Shown: in pieces, positions 21,375 through 31,467 of the stretch
How positions within the stretch are numbered: position 1 is the first letter of the stretch
How the letters are laid out: the number at the start of each line of letters is the position of its first letter
Assembly: GCA_023414975.1 (NCBI GenBank)
Contig: JAEZMI010000436.1
Span: forward strand, 1 to 40,941
DNA length: 40,941 nucleotides
Source of the DNA: Pseudomonadota bacterium
Lineage (GTDB): Bacteria; Pseudomonadota; Alphaproteobacteria; Rhizobiales; Xanthobacteraceae
Reading direction: 5' to 3'
Translations under genes and position numbers: made by a program
The notes under the pieces: model-generated
What the model saw: the letters and a program-made list of their open reading frames with translations, nothing else
Databases searched by the model: none
What the model was told of the DNA's origin: nothing

Positions 21375-22886
21375 ATGACCGCGACAATGAACCCGGAAGC
21401 CCCGCCTGCCACGCCCTCCCGACGCGCTGCCCATAACGCAGCGCGCATGGCTCCGCTGGCGCGTTTGCCGGTATTCTTCGCGCTCGAAGGCCGACGTGTC
21501 GTGCTGGCCGGCGGCTCGGAGGCTGCGGCATGGAAAGCCGAGTTGCTGGCGGCGGCCGGGGCAGAGCTCGTCGTCTACGCCACCGCATTTTGTGAAGATC
21601 TCCTGGCGCTGGCGAGCGCTCCCCCTGCCGGGTCAGTCGCTCTCGTCGGGCGGGAATGGGTGCCGGATGATCTCTCCGGCGCGGCGCTCGCCATCGGCGC
21701 GCTGGAGGAGGAAGACGCATGCGCCCGCTTCCGTGCCGCGGCGCAGCAGGCCGGCGTGCCGGTGAATGTCGTCGATAAGCCGGCCTATTGCGATTTCGCC
21801 TTCGGTGCCATCGTCAACCGCTCGCCGCTGGTGGTGGGCATCTCGACGGATGGAGCGGCTCCGGTCTTCGGGCAGGCGGTGCGGGCAAAGATCGAAGCGG
21901 TGATCCCGCAAGGGTTCAAGCGTTGGGCCGAAGCCGCGCGGCAGTGGCGCCCGGCGGTGCAGGCGCTGGAACTTTCCTATCAGGGCCGCCGCCGCTTCTG
22001 GGAACGCTTCACCGGCGCAGCGCTGGAGACGCCCGAAGACGAGCCGTCGGAAGCCTTGAAAGCAACGCTCCTGGCTGAGGCGCAGCTTGCACGAAGCGAT
22101 GCCCCGCGCGGGTCCGTCGCGCTGGTGGGCGCCGGGCCTGGCGACCCGGAACTGCTGACCCTGAAGGCCGTGCGCGTGCTGCAATCGGCCGATGTCGTCC
22201 TCTATGACGACCTTGTGGCGCCTGCTGTGCTGGATGTCGCCCGCCGGGAGGCGCGCAAGATGCTGGTCGGCAAGACGGGCTACAAGCCCTCCTGCAAGCA
22301 GGATGACATCAACGCGCTGATGGTCGGGCTGGCAAAGCAGGGCAAGCGGGTCGTCCGGCTCAAGGGCGGCGATCCCATGGTCTTCGGCCGTGCTGGCGAA
22401 GAAATCGCAGCGGCCCGCAAGGCGGGCCTTCCGGTCGAGGTCGTGCCGGGGATTACCGCGGCGCAGGGCGCTGCGAGCCGGCTCGCCACCTCCCTCACCC
22501 ATCGCGACCATGCGCGGCGGCTGCAGTTCATCACCGCTCACGCGCGTGACGGCAAGCTGCCGCGTGATCTCGACTGGACCGCGCTGGCCGATCCGGCCGC
22601 GACGACCGTCGTCTACATGCCCCAGCGCACCTGGAGCGAACTCGCCGCCAAGGCGATGGCGGCCGGGCTCGACCCGGCAACGCCCGCCATCGCCATCTTC
22701 TCCGCCACCCGCCCGCAGGAGCGGCAGGTGCCGGCAACGGTTGGCACGCTGGAGGATGCGCTCGCCCAGGCGGTCGAGGACGGCGCCAGCGGACCTTGCC
22801 TTATCCTGTTCGGCCATGCGCTGGGCGAGGCGTCGGCCTTCGGCGCGATCAGCGACGCTGCACATGTGACGGCGGCCCAAGGCTAG
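21375..22886 (+). CDS. cysG: Siroheme synthase (dehydrogenase/ferrochelatase + uroporphyrinogen-III methyltransferase)
   Basis: LPVFF, VNVVDKPAYCDF, ISTDGAAP, VGAGPGDPELLTLKA, RLKGGDPMVFGR, VPGITA. Start uncertain. Confidence 0.93.
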   Translation: MTATMNPEAPPATPSRRAAHNAARMAPLARLPVFFALEGRRVVLAGGSEAAAWKAELLAAAGAELVVYATAFCEDLLALASAPPAGSVALVGREWVPDDLSGAALAIGALEEEDACARFRAAAQQAGVPVNVVDKPAYCDFAFGAIVNRSPLVVGISTDGAAPVFGQAVRAKIEAVIPQGFKRWAEAARQWRPAVQALELSYQGRRRFWERFTGAALETPEDEPSEALKATLLAEAQLARSDAPRGSVALVGAGPGDPELLTLKAVRVLQSADVVLYDDLVAPAVLDVARREARKMLVGKTGYKPSCKQDDINALMVGLAKQGKRVVRLKGGDPMVFGRAGEEIAAARKAGLPVEVVPGITAAQGAASRLATSLTHRDHARRLQFITAHARDGKLPRDLDWTALADPAATTVVYMPQRTWSELAAKAMAAGLDPATPAIAIFSATRPQERQVPATVGTLEDALAQAVEDGASGPCLILFGHALGEASAFGAISDAAHVTAAQG

Positions 22887-23023
22887 AGCCTTCTTTTCAA
22901 AGCCCGACTTCCCAGACGGCAACCATGTCATAGGCGGTGCATGGACCGGGCTCGTCCCCTTTGCTAGAAGCGCGGCGCGCCCGCCGGGCGCCTCATCGAC
23001 TGACCGTAGCGGACCCGAACCAA

Positions 23024-24142
23024 ATGCCCGCCGAATTAAGCCACGCCGAGGAATTGCTCGCGCTCTATGCGCGGGCCGGATTCGCGCGTGTCGAGCCGCC
23101 GGTCCTCCAGCCGGCCGACGCCTTTCTCGACCTTTCGGGCGAGGAGATGCGGCGCACCATGTTCATCACGACCGATCCGGAAGGGCGCGAGTTGTGCCTC
23201 CGGCCGGACCTCACCCTGCCGGTTTGCCGTCTCTATATCGCCGATGGCGCCGCGCAGCCGCGCGACTTCGCCTATCTTGGCCCGGTGTTCCGTTCGGATG
23301 TGCCGGCAGGCGAATTGCTTCAGGCGGGCGTGGAGTCCTTCGGCCGCACGGATCGCGAGGCGGCGGACGCCGAACTCCTGGCCCTGGGGCTGGAAACGGC
23401 CGCGCTTTGGGGGGTGATCGATCCCACCATCCGCCTCGGCGATGCCGGTCTCTTCGCCGCCCTGCTCGATGCGCTGGATCTGCCGCCCGGCTGGCGGCGG
23501 CGTCTGATGAAGGATTTCGCGCGGTCAGGCGATCTGCGCGCCGACCTTGATGCGCTGAAACAGCGTCCGGAAGCCGGTGGCGTCTCGGCGCATGCCGGCG
23601 TCCTCTCGGCGCTCGCCGGCTCCGATCCCGCCGCCGCCCGTGCGCTGGTCGCGGACTTGCTCTCGATCGCCGGCATCACCACGGTGGCCGGGCGCACCGT
23701 CCCGGAAATTGCCGAACGCTTTCTTGAACAGGCGGCGCCGGGCGACTCGGAAGGGCTGGCGCCCGAAAAGGTTCTGGTGCTGGAACGTTACCTCGCCATA
23801 CAGGGGCACCCCGATGCGGCGGCGCGCGCGCTGCGTTCGCTCGCCGACGAGGCGGGGCTGGACCTGTCGGTTGCGCTCGACAGCTTCGAGGGCCGCACCA
23901 ATTTCATCGCCGCGCAGGGCATCGAACCCGAGCGGCTATGCTTTGCCGCCGCCTTCGGCCGGCCGCTCGATTATTATTCCGGCATGGTGTTCGAACTGCA
24001 CGAGAATGGCCACGGCGCGCCGCTCGTCGCCGGCGGGCGTTATGACGGCCTGCTCGCGCGGCTCGGGGCCACCGCGCCCGTGCCGGCGGTCGGCTTCGCG
24101 GTCTGGCTCGACCGCCTCGATGCCGTGGAGGCGCGTCAATGA
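23024..24142 (+). CDS. hisZ: ATP phosphoribosyltransferase regulatory subunit
   Basis: HisRS-like [38 protein letters not shown] overlap with hisG. Start set at ATG 23024. Confidence 0.9.
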   Translation: MPAELSHAEELLALYARAGFARVEPPVLQPADAFLDLSGEEMRRTMFITTDPEGRELCLRPDLTLPVCRLYIADGAAQPRDFAYLGPVFRSDVPAGELLQAGVESFGRTDREAADAELLALGLETAALWGVIDPTIRLGDAGLFAALLDALDLPPGWRRRLMKDFARSGDLRADLDALKQRPEAGGVSAHAGVLSALAGSDPAAARALVADLLSIAGITTVAGRTVPEIAERFLEQAAPGDSEGLAPEKVLVLERYLAIQGHPDAAARALRSLADEAGLDLSVALDSFEGRTNFIAAQGIEPERLCFAAAFGRPLDYYSGMVFELHENGHGAPLVAGGRYDGLLARLGATAPVPAVGFAVWLDRLDAVEARQ

Positions 24143-25113
24143 GCTCGTCCCTGATCGTCGCCGTGCCTTCCAAGGGCCGGCTGCAGGAAAACGCCACCGC
24201 CTTCTTCGCCCGCGCCGGCATGACGCTGAACCAGTCACGCGGGGCGCGCGACTATCGGGGGACGCTGTCGGGCGTGGACGGTGTGGAGGTCGCCTATCTC
24301 TCGGCCTCCGAAATCGCCAGCCAGTTGGCGGCGGGCACCGTGCATCTCGGCGTCACCGGCGAAGACCTGGTACGCGAGAGCATCCCGGACGCCGACTCCA
24401 AGGTGCTGCTGGTGGAGGGTCTCGGCTTCGGCTACGCCAATGTCGTCGTGGCCGTGCCGCAGGCGTGGATCGACGTGCGCACCATGCGCGACCTCGATGA
24501 TGTGGCGACACATTTCCATGCCAGCCGCGGCCGGCGCATGCGCGTGGCAACGAAGTATCTCAATCTCACCCGCGCCTTCTTCGCCCGCCACGGCATTGTG
24601 GATTACCGCATCGTTGAGAGCCTGGGCGCCACCGAGGGCACGCCCGCAGCGGGCACGTCGGAGTTGATCGTCGATATTACCACCACCGGCTCCACGCTCG
24701 CGGCGAACGCGCTGAAGGTGATCGATGACGGTGTGATGCTGCGCTCGGAGGCCAATCTGGTCGCCTCGCTCTCGGCCGACTGGAACGAGGGCGCACGGGC
24801 GGCGGCCCGCGCGCTGCTGGACCGGGTGACGGCGGCCAAGCGCGCGGCAACGATGCGCGAGGTAAAGACCCGGTTTTCCGCCTGTGACAGCGTGGTGGTA
24901 AACGAGGCTGTGCGCCGTTTCCGGTGCACCGCGCCATTCGGCGCGCCGACCTCCTCCGGCATGGTGACGCTCCACTGCCCACCGGACACGCTGCATGGCC
25001 TCGCTGTGTTCCTGCGGGACAAGGGCGCTTCAACAGTCTCCGTCGGCCCGCTGGATTATGTGTTCGCAGCGGAAAACCCGCTTTACGAGAAGCTGGCGAC
25101 GCGGATCAGCTGA
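24139..25113 (+). CDS. hisG: ATP phosphoribosyltransferase
   Basis: [42 protein letters not shown]; about 90-aa C-terminal extension. Confidence 0.95.
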   Translation: MSSSLIVAVPSKGRLQENATAFFARAGMTLNQSRGARDYRGTLSGVDGVEVAYLSASEIASQLAAGTVHLGVTGEDLVRESIPDADSKVLLVEGLGFGYANVVVAVPQAWIDVRTMRDLDDVATHFHASRGRRMRVATKYLNLTRAFFARHGIVDYRIVESLGATEGTPAAGTSELIVDITTTGSTLAANALKVIDDGVMLRSEANLVASLSADWNEGARAAARALLDRVTAAKRAATMREVKTRFSACDSVVVNEAVRRFRCTAPFGAPTSSGMVTLHCPPDTLHGLAVFLRDKGASTVSVGPLDYVFAAENPLYEKLATRIS

Positions 25114-25216
25114 GCCATAGGGCTAAAGCCCCGGGGAGGCACATGACCCCTCTGGCGCCTGTGCCATGCGGCACCTATCTCACCGCCGCAGACGTTTACG
25201 GCAAGGACTAGCCATC

Positions 25217-25444
25217 ATGAAAGGCGCCCTCAAAGAACTCTCCGCCTGGTTCGAGGCCAACGGTCTCAACCCCGCCGACTTCCGTCTCCGGCTGGAGGCG
25301 CGCAGCATCGCCGCCCAGCGGGATGCGCTGAAAGCCTTCAAGACGCAGGTGGAGCCGCACCTTGCTCCGCCCACCTCTCCGCATCGCAAAGGCACGCTGG
25401 AGGGCGTCGAGATTTCCGTGGAAGGTCCGCTGCACGGGTTCTGA
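25217..25444 (+). CDS. Small hypothetical protein (75 aa)
   Basis: AAGGA SD, ATG 25217, GC3-rich codons; MKGALKELSAWFEANG... Confidence 0.6.
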   Translation: MKGALKELSAWFEANGLNPADFRLRLEARSIAAQRDALKAFKTQVEPHLAPPTSPHRKGTLEGVEISVEGPLHGF

Positions 25445-25465
25445 CGGCGGGCGGCCGCGCGTAGC

Positions 25466-25690
25466 CTATTTGCCGCGCGGACGGCCGTTGAGGCGGTTCA
25501 GCAGATCCACGAACATCGAAATGAAGAAGAAGGACGCGAGAAACATGATGACCGCGTAGAGCACGAAGCTCTCCGCGACGTCCGGATAGCGCCCTTCCAG
25601 ATAGGTCGCCGTCACGAAGCCGGCGCCGGCGCCGAGGCCGCCCGAAAGGGCGCTGGTCGCGCAGGGGCTGAGCGGTAAGAGCGCCATCAT
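25466..25690 (-). CDS. Small hypothetical membrane protein downstream of hisS
   Basis: Two hydrophobic stretches, GAGG before ATG, 9 nt after the hisS stop. Confidence 0.55.
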   Translation of the reverse strand: MMALLPLSPCATSALSGGLGAGAGFVTATYLEGRYPDVAESFVLYAVIMFLASFFFISMFVDLLNRLNGRPRGK

Positions 25691-25699
25691 GAGCCTCGA

Positions 25700-27184
25700 C
25701 TAACCTAGCGCCGCGCCGTGCGGCACACCGTGATGGTCGAGCACCTCGCGTACCTTCGCCACAAGTTCGCTCTGCGAGCAGGAGAACTGCGCCGGGCGGC
25801 TCTCGCGCCATTCCGCATTGTCGGTGATGGCGGCGGCGGCCTTGGCGCCCTCGATCAGATCCTTGATCTGCACCGTGCCAGCCGCACGCTCCTCCGAGCC
25901 CTGGATGACCACGCAGGGGCTGTTGCGCCGGTCGGCATATTTGAACTGGTTGCCCAGATTCTTCGGGTTGCCGAGATACATCTCGGCGCGGATTCCCGCC
26001 GAACGGAGCTGCGCGACGAGGCCCATGTAATGGGCGGTCTGGTCGCGATCCATCACCACCACCACGACGGGGCCGAACTCCGGCTTCGCCTCTGTCTTGA
26101 GATAGGACAGGGCGGAAGCGAGGCGAGATACGCCGATGGAGAAGCCCGTCGCCGGCACCGCCTCGCCGCGGAAACGGCCGACCAGCCCGTCATAGCGCCC
26201 GCCGCCGCCCACCGAGCCAAAGCGCACGGGCCGGCCCTTCTCGTCAGAGACGGTGAAGGTCAGCTCCGCCTCGAAAACCGGGCCGGTGTAATATTCGAGC
26301 CCGCGCACGACGGAGGGGTCGATCTTGACGCGCTCAGCGTAACCAGCGCCGTTGACCAGTGCCTCGATTTCGTCGAGTTCGCGGCGCCCGTCGAGATAGG
26401 TCGCGCTGGCCGGCACGAATTCGCCACCGCCCGGCGTAAGCATGGAAAGGACGACCTGCGTCTGCCCTTCATCCAGCCCCGCACCCTTGGTGAAATCGCC
26501 GCTCTTGGCCTCGGGATTCTCCCAGCGGCCAGGGCCGAGCAGGTCGCGTACGCCGTCCATGCCGACCTTGTCGAACTTGTCGATGGCGCGCAGCACGGTG
26601 AGCCGGCGGCCGGCATTTTCGTCGCCACCGAGGCCGATGGCTTCCAGCACGCCGTCGAGCACCTTGCGGTTGTTGACCTTGATGACGAACTTGCCGGCCA
26701 GCCCAAGCGCCTCCAGCGTGTCGGCCATCATCATGCATATCTCGGCATCCGCCGCGACGGTGGGAGCGCCCACCGTATCCGCGTCAAACTGCATGAACTG
26801 CCGGAATCGGCCCGGGCCGGGCTTCTCGTTGCGGAACACCCAGCCCGCGCGATAGGAGCGGAAGGGTTTGGGCAGCCGGTCGAAATTCTCCGCCACATGG
26901 CGTGCGAGCGGAGCGGTCAGGTCGTAGCGCAGCGAAAGCCACTGCTCGTCATCGTCCTGGAAGGAGAACACGCCCTCATTCGGCCGGTCCTGATCCGGCA
27001 GGAACTTCCCCAGCGCGTCGGTATACTCGATGAAGGGAGTTTCCAGCGCCTCGAAGCCGTAGAGCTCATAGACCTTGCGGATGGTCTCCAGCATGGCTCG
27101 CGTGGCGCCGAGTTCGGCCGGCCCACGATCGGCAAAGCCACGCGGCATGCGCGCCTTGAGTTTGCTGGGCTTGTCCTTGGCCAT
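25700..27184 (-). CDS. hisS: Histidine--tRNA ligase
   Basis: [54 protein letters not shown], anticodon-binding domain. Confidence 0.97.
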   Translation of the reverse strand: MAKDKPSKLKARMPRGFADRGPAELGATRAMLETIRKVYELYGFEALETPFIEYTDALGKFLPDQDRPNEGVFSFQDDDEQWLSLRYDLTAPLARHVAENFDRLPKPFRSYRAGWVFRNEKPGPGRFRQFMQFDADTVGAPTVAADAEICMMMADTLEALGLAGKFVIKVNNRKVLDGVLEAIGLGGDENAGRRLTVLRAIDKFDKVGMDGVRDLLGPGRWENPEAKSGDFTKGAGLDEGQTQVVLSMLTPGGGEFVPASATYLDGRRELDEIEALVNGAGYAERVKIDPSVVRGLEYYTGPVFEAELTFTVSDEKGRPVRFGSVGGGGRYDGLVGRFRGEAVPATGFSIGVSRLASALSYLKTEAKPEFGPVVVVVMDRDQTAHYMGLVAQLRSAGIRAEMYLGNPKNLGNQFKYADRRNSPCVVIQGSEERAAGTVQIKDLIEGAKAAAAITDNAEWRESRPAQFSCSQSELVAKVREVLDHHGVPHGAALG

Positions 27185-27265
27185 GGCACCGTCCTTCAGA
27201 AGTCTCGGCGCGGTTTAGAGGACGCAGGCGCGGGCGGCAAGACGGCAGGGAGGGGGAGCCCGCGC

Positions 27266-28063
27266 CTACGGCCGCAACCCGGCAGCAAGGCGGGCCTCGA
27301 TGGCGTCGAGCACCGGCAGCAGGTCCGCCACCGTGTCGATGACGAAATGCGCGCCGGCGCCCGCGAGCTTGTCCGTCGCCCGCTTGCGCAGGGCGGCGCG
27401 CTCGTCCGGCGAGAGACGGTCGAGTTCCGCCTTGGAGAGGCCCGCCGCGTTACCGGAGAGGGCAAGCCCCACCGTCCAGGTCCCGGCGGCCAGCCCCTCG
27501 GCGATGCCCGGCTCCGTATCGTCGAGCTTCACGCAGGCGCTCGGCGGCCACACGCCGATATCGGCGAAGGTGCGGTACATCATGAGTGGACTTGGCCGCC
27601 CCGCCGCGAGATCGCCGGCGCAGACGACATTGTCCGGCGCATAGCCCGCGCTGGCGGCGAGCGGCATCAGTTTTTCCATGATGGGGCGGGTATAACCCGT
27701 CGTGGAACCGATCTTCATGCCACGCCGGCGGGTTTCCGCCACCACATCGAGCAGACCGGGGATGAGGTCGGCGTGGCGCGGAATGACCTCGACATTAAGC
27801 GGCTCGAACACAGCGAGCACACGGTCGACATCGGCCTCGGTGGGGGTGGCGCCTTGCGCCTCCTGCCAGCGCGCGGCGATAGCCGGGCTGTAGATCAGGT
27901 TCGCCACATGGTCGCGCTTGGGCAGGCCCATCGGGCCGCGCGCCTCCTCGATCGAAACAGTCACACCGAACTGCGCGAAAGCCTCGACGAAGGCGCCCAT
28001 GGGGGCACGTGAGCCGAAATCCACGGCCGTGCCGGCCCAGTCGAGAATCAGCGCCTTGAGCAT
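27266..28063 (-). CDS. phnX: Phosphonoacetaldehyde hydrolase (phosphonatase)
   Basis: DWAGTAVDFGS HAD motif I, PMGLPKRDH Schiff-base Lys, GSTTGY, GRPSP, KLDDT. ATG 28063 follows GAAGGA. Confidence 0.94.
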   Translation of the reverse strand: MLKALILDWAGTAVDFGSRAPMGAFVEAFAQFGVTVSIEEARGPMGLPKRDHVANLIYSPAIAARWQEAQGATPTEADVDRVLAVFEPLNVEVIPRHADLIPGLLDVVAETRRRGMKIGSTTGYTRPIMEKLMPLAASAGYAPDNVVCAGDLAAGRPSPLMMYRTFADIGVWPPSACVKLDDTEPGIAEGLAAGTWTVGLALSGNAAGLSKAELDRLSPDERAALRKRATDKLAGAGAHFVIDTVADLLPVLDAIEARLAAGLRP

Positions 28064-28087
28064 GGGTGTTCCTTCGAGGTTGGACAA

Positions 28088-29203
28088 TCAGGCGAAAAGC
28101 TCGGCCACCGCTTCCTCGGCAATGGCAAAGCCGGTGGAGGCACCTGTACCGCTCGTCACCACGACGAGCCGGATGTCGTCATGCGGGCGGTCGATGAAGG
28201 CGAGCCGGTCGCTCGCCGAGGCATAGGTGCCGATCCAGCGCTCCGTCACCCGAGGCCGTCGCCCGAACAGCGCCGCGTATTCGTCGAGGATCAGCTCGTC
28301 GACGAACTCCGGCGCGAAGGGGTCCGGGGTGGCGCCGTAATGATGGCTGTCGCCCACCACCAGCGAACCATCGGCCGACTGCACGACGATGAGATGAATG
28401 CCGTGCTCCAGATGCGCGGCCTGCTCGGCGGCAAGCCGCCGCTTCAGCGGTTCGGCCTCCGGCAGTTCCGCATAGCCGAGATAGCGACCGAGCGAGAGGT
28501 CGGTCATCACCGAACCGGGAAGGGTGCCGAGCGCGGGGTCGCTCACGCGCAGCATGTGCAGCTTGCAGCGGGTGACGCCGTAGAGCTGGAAGCGGTCCTC
28601 GAACAGGGTGTGGAAATCATCCCCCGGCGCGACCACGATGCGGCCGGCGGTGAGGGTGCCGCCGGAGGTGTGCACCTTGCCCGGCTCCACCCCCGTCACC
28701 GCGGTCTCGCGGCGGAAGGTGACACCCTCCCCCGCCAGCCAGGCGGCGAGCTTGGGGATGGCGTGGCGGGATTCCACCCGCATGTCGTGCGGGCTCCAAA
28801 GCGCGCCGGAGAGATCGCCGGTGAGCGCCGGCACGCGGGCGCGGGCCTCGTCTGGGGTGAGCAACTCGCAGCCCTCGCCCATTTCCGTCGCGCGAAAGGC
28901 CTCGAGCACCGGCATCGCCTCCGGTCGCCGGCCGGCGACCAGCAGGCCGCGATGGATAACCTCGATGCCGGCCTTGGGCGCGATCTCGGCCCAAATGTCG
29001 CGCGAGCGCACGGCGCGGCGCCAGCATTCGCCGCGCTGCTGCCCGGTGACGGTGACGAAACCGAAATTGCGGATCGAGGCTCCATTGGCCTGCGCGTCGC
29101 GGTCTATCACCACGACCTTCAAACCCCGCCGCCGCGCCGCGATGGCGTGCCCCAGACCGACGACGCCCGCACCGACGATGGCGAGATCATAGCTGTGCGA
29201 CAT
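28088..29203 (-). CDS. Phosphonate-associated FAD-dependent oxidoreductase (TIGR03364-like)
   Basis: IVGAGVVG, ANGASIRNFG, CKLHMLR, GIHLIVVQ, VGDSHHY, VTSGTGAST; directly upstream of phnX. Confidence 0.85.
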   Translation of the reverse strand: MSHSYDLAIVGAGVVGLGHAIAARRRGLKVVVIDRDAQANGASIRNFGFVTVTGQQRGECWRRAVRSRDIWAEIAPKAGIEVIHRGLLVAGRRPEAMPVLEAFRATEMGEGCELLTPDEARARVPALTGDLSGALWSPHDMRVESRHAIPKLAAWLAGEGVTFRRETAVTGVEPGKVHTSGGTLTAGRIVVAPGDDFHTLFEDRFQLYGVTRCKLHMLRVSDPALGTLPGSVMTDLSLGRYLGYAELPEAEPLKRRLAAEQAAHLEHGIHLIVVQSADGSLVVGDSHHYGATPDPFAPEFVDELILDEYAALFGRRPRVTERWIGTYASASDRLAFIDRPHDDIRLVVVTSGTGASTGFAIAEEAVAELFA

Positions 29204-29307
29204 AGGCAGGGTCCGGCAGGGCTGCAAAGGAATGTGAAGGAGGTATGTTGGCGTCATAGCGCGTTCGCCGCGGCGGCGCTACGGGACCAACGTCCGAACC
29301 GGGACCT

Positions 29308-31206
29308 TCAATTTGCGGCGGCTGAGGTGTTGCGCATGGGAAGGCCGAGGGCGACGAGATCCTCACGGACCTGACGGGCAATGTCGGCGCTCGGGAAGAA
29401 GCGGGTGATCATGGCCTCGGCGTCCGAGGCCCAGAGCGGAGCCACTTCGGTCAGCCGGCGGATATCCGCGCGCGCGGCTTCCTCTTCACCGGCAAGGTGC
29501 GCGGCGAGCCCCCTCGCAAGCAGGCCGGGCGCATAACCTTCGGCCATCAGTTGATCGGCCGCCGCTGCCGCCGCCGGCGCGTCGCCGCGCAGATAGGCCG
29601 CGATGACCCGGTAATAATCGACCGACGGCGGCATGCCCGGCGCGATCTGAACGGCACTCGCCAGCATCGCCTCGCCGCGGCCGATATCGCCGAGGAGGAC
29701 GAGGTGTCCGCCATAATCGGCCAGCACGTCGACGTCATAAGGATTCAGCGCCAGCGCCGCTTCGCCGGCAGCGATCACTCCTCCGCGCTCGCCGCGGAAG
29801 AAGTGCACATGCATCAGCACGCGCTGGGCAAAGGAACTGCCGGGTGCCAGTTCCACCGCCTGTTCGGCTGCGGCAAGCGCCCGATTGACAGCGGGCTTGG
29901 GAGACGCCGCCGGCACGCCGTTGCGGATCTCATCGAGGCTCAGCTCAGCCAGCAGCGCATAACCGAGCGCAAAGGTCGGGTCCGCGGCAACGGCGGCCTC
30001 AAGGCAGGTCCGCGCCTGTTGATGCTCCAGCGGGCGATAGGATCGCCAGTAGGCGTAAGCCATGAGCACGCAACCATAAGGCCCGGCATTGGTGGGCCCG
30101 CCTGCCGCCATGACCTGAGCCCGAGCCCGCGCCTGGATGACTCCATATGGCTCGGCGATTGCCGCCATAATATCGCGTATCAAGGCCACTTCCGACGCGG
30201 TGGCGTCCGCGCCACGCTTCAGGCCGTCGAATTCTCGCGACCAGACAATGGTGCCGTCACAAAGGTCGGAGAGACGCAGCAGCAGCGAGGTGCTGCCGTC
30301 GTCATGGTTCTCCACGAGACCGCCCAGCGCGAAGGCCGAGTGCGGCGAGTTGCTGCCGGCGCCGCAATTCACGGCCGGGCGCACGTCCGGACTTGAGAGA
30401 ACGTCCAGCAGATCAAACCGTGCGAGAGCGTCCCGCACCCGCACTTCCAGGGCACGCGCGGAGAAGTCGCCGCTGGTTATGGCACCGGAGGAGCCGGCGA
30501 TTTCACTCGGTGGCAGAGGCCGTCCGCCCGTGGAATCGAAGGACCGCACCTCGATCATCGGGATGCCCAGCCGGTTGGCGCGCTCGATGGGCCGCAACGC
30601 CGCACCGGAGACCAGCGAGCGCCAGCCCGTCGGATCGACCATGTCGACGGTAAAGGCCGTGACGAGCAGCAAGGCCACCGCGGTCAGCGCCGCCAGCCCC
30701 ACGAGGCGCGACAGACGGCGCCGCGACGACACGGCCTCCGTTTCATTCGCGCCGACCGGTAGCGGGTCCATCGCGCCGGCGCTATCGATCTCCGGAAGAG
30801 GGGCCTCGTCGGGAATGATGGGCGGGCCGCCGCCGGACCGGCGGCTCACGAATTGCGGCACATAGCTGCCGCGGGGCACCGCGATCTCGATCTCGTCGTC
30901 CGCTCCGGCGCCGGCATAGTAGCGCTCCAGCGCACGCCGCAGACGCGTGGCTTCCACACGCACAATGGGATCGGCCTGCGGGTCGAATGAGGGGTCCCGG
31001 CCCAGCGCTTCAACCGCGATCGTATAACCCTTGATCGCCTCGGCCCGGCCCTGCAGCGTCGCCTCGACGATGAAGCGAAGGATGTTGGAAAGCTGCGGCG
31101 AGGAGCGCAACTCCTCGGCATCCAGAACCTGCGCCAGTGCCCGGCGCACCGCCTCGGGCGGCGCACCGGCCACTTCGGCGCTGTCGGCTGCGGCACTGTC
31201 GGACAT
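29308..31206 (-). CDS. Membrane-anchored regulator-like protein: N-terminal winged-helix-like domain, one TM, TolB-N-like and TPR region
   Basis: ILRFIVE...KGYTIAVEALGR...FDPQADPIVRVEATRLRRALERYY...VPRGSYVPQF; TM LVGLAALTAVALLLVTAF; TPR-like repeats (AVAADPTFA, AVELAPGS, ALALNPYD). Confidence 0.7.
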   Translation of the reverse strand: MSDSAAADSAEVAGAPPEAVRRALAQVLDAEELRSSPQLSNILRFIVEATLQGRAEAIKGYTIAVEALGRDPSFDPQADPIVRVEATRLRRALERYYAGAGADDEIEIAVPRGSYVPQFVSRRSGGGPPIIPDEAPLPEIDSAGAMDPLPVGANETEAVSSRRRLSRLVGLAALTAVALLLVTAFTVDMVDPTGWRSLVSGAALRPIERANRLGIPMIEVRSFDSTGGRPLPPSEIAGSSGAITSGDFSARALEVRVRDALARFDLLDVLSSPDVRPAVNCGAGSNSPHSAFALGGLVENHDDGSTSLLLRLSDLCDGTIVWSREFDGLKRGADATASEVALIRDIMAAIAEPYGVIQARARAQVMAAGGPTNAGPYGCVLMAYAYWRSYRPLEHQQARTCLEAAVAADPTFALGYALLAELSLDEIRNGVPAASPKPAVNRALAAAEQAVELAPGSSFAQRVLMHVHFFRGERGGVIAAGEAALALNPYDVDVLADYGGHLVLLGDIGRGEAMLASAVQIAPGMPPSVDYYRVIAAYLRGDAPAAAAAADQLMAEGYAPGLLARGLAAHLAGEEEAARADIRRLTEVAPLWASDAEAMITRFFPSADIARQVREDLVALGLPMRNTSAAAN

Positions 31207-31467
31207 CGGGCCGTCCTGTGAACGGAATGCACGCTTCCGGTATGCCAGCCGGCCGCGCTTGTCGACCAAATAACGTTACGCTGGGTGACTGTAGCGCGGG
31301 GTAAGGCGAGTTCATGGCGCCGCCCTCCCGCGCGCGGCGCGCGGGAAAACAGCCGCCAGAAAGGAAAGTGATCACATCACAATTTTTTCTCGTGAGCGCG
31401 ATCGTGCTCAAGCATTATACATGATCAAAAGCGCGCCCCACACCTTGGACGTCTACCGGAGCTCATC

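Noticed and set aside
25718..28012. Long antisense or alternate-frame ORFs (e.g. 764 aa here; also 15004-16788, 5361-6938, 10839-12440, 2210-3655)
   Set aside because: Shadow ORFs of well-supported genes, expected in high-GC DNA; Arg/Gly/Ala-rich with no recognisable motifs.
29220..29260. Pho box upstream of the phosphonate genes
   Set aside because: Best minus-strand candidate (CCAACAT-ACCT-CCTTCAC) has too many mismatches to support by eye.
29308..31206. Adenylate cyclase annotation
   Set aside because: No class III cyclase catalytic motifs seen; only the TolB-N/TPR-like part is shared with such proteins.
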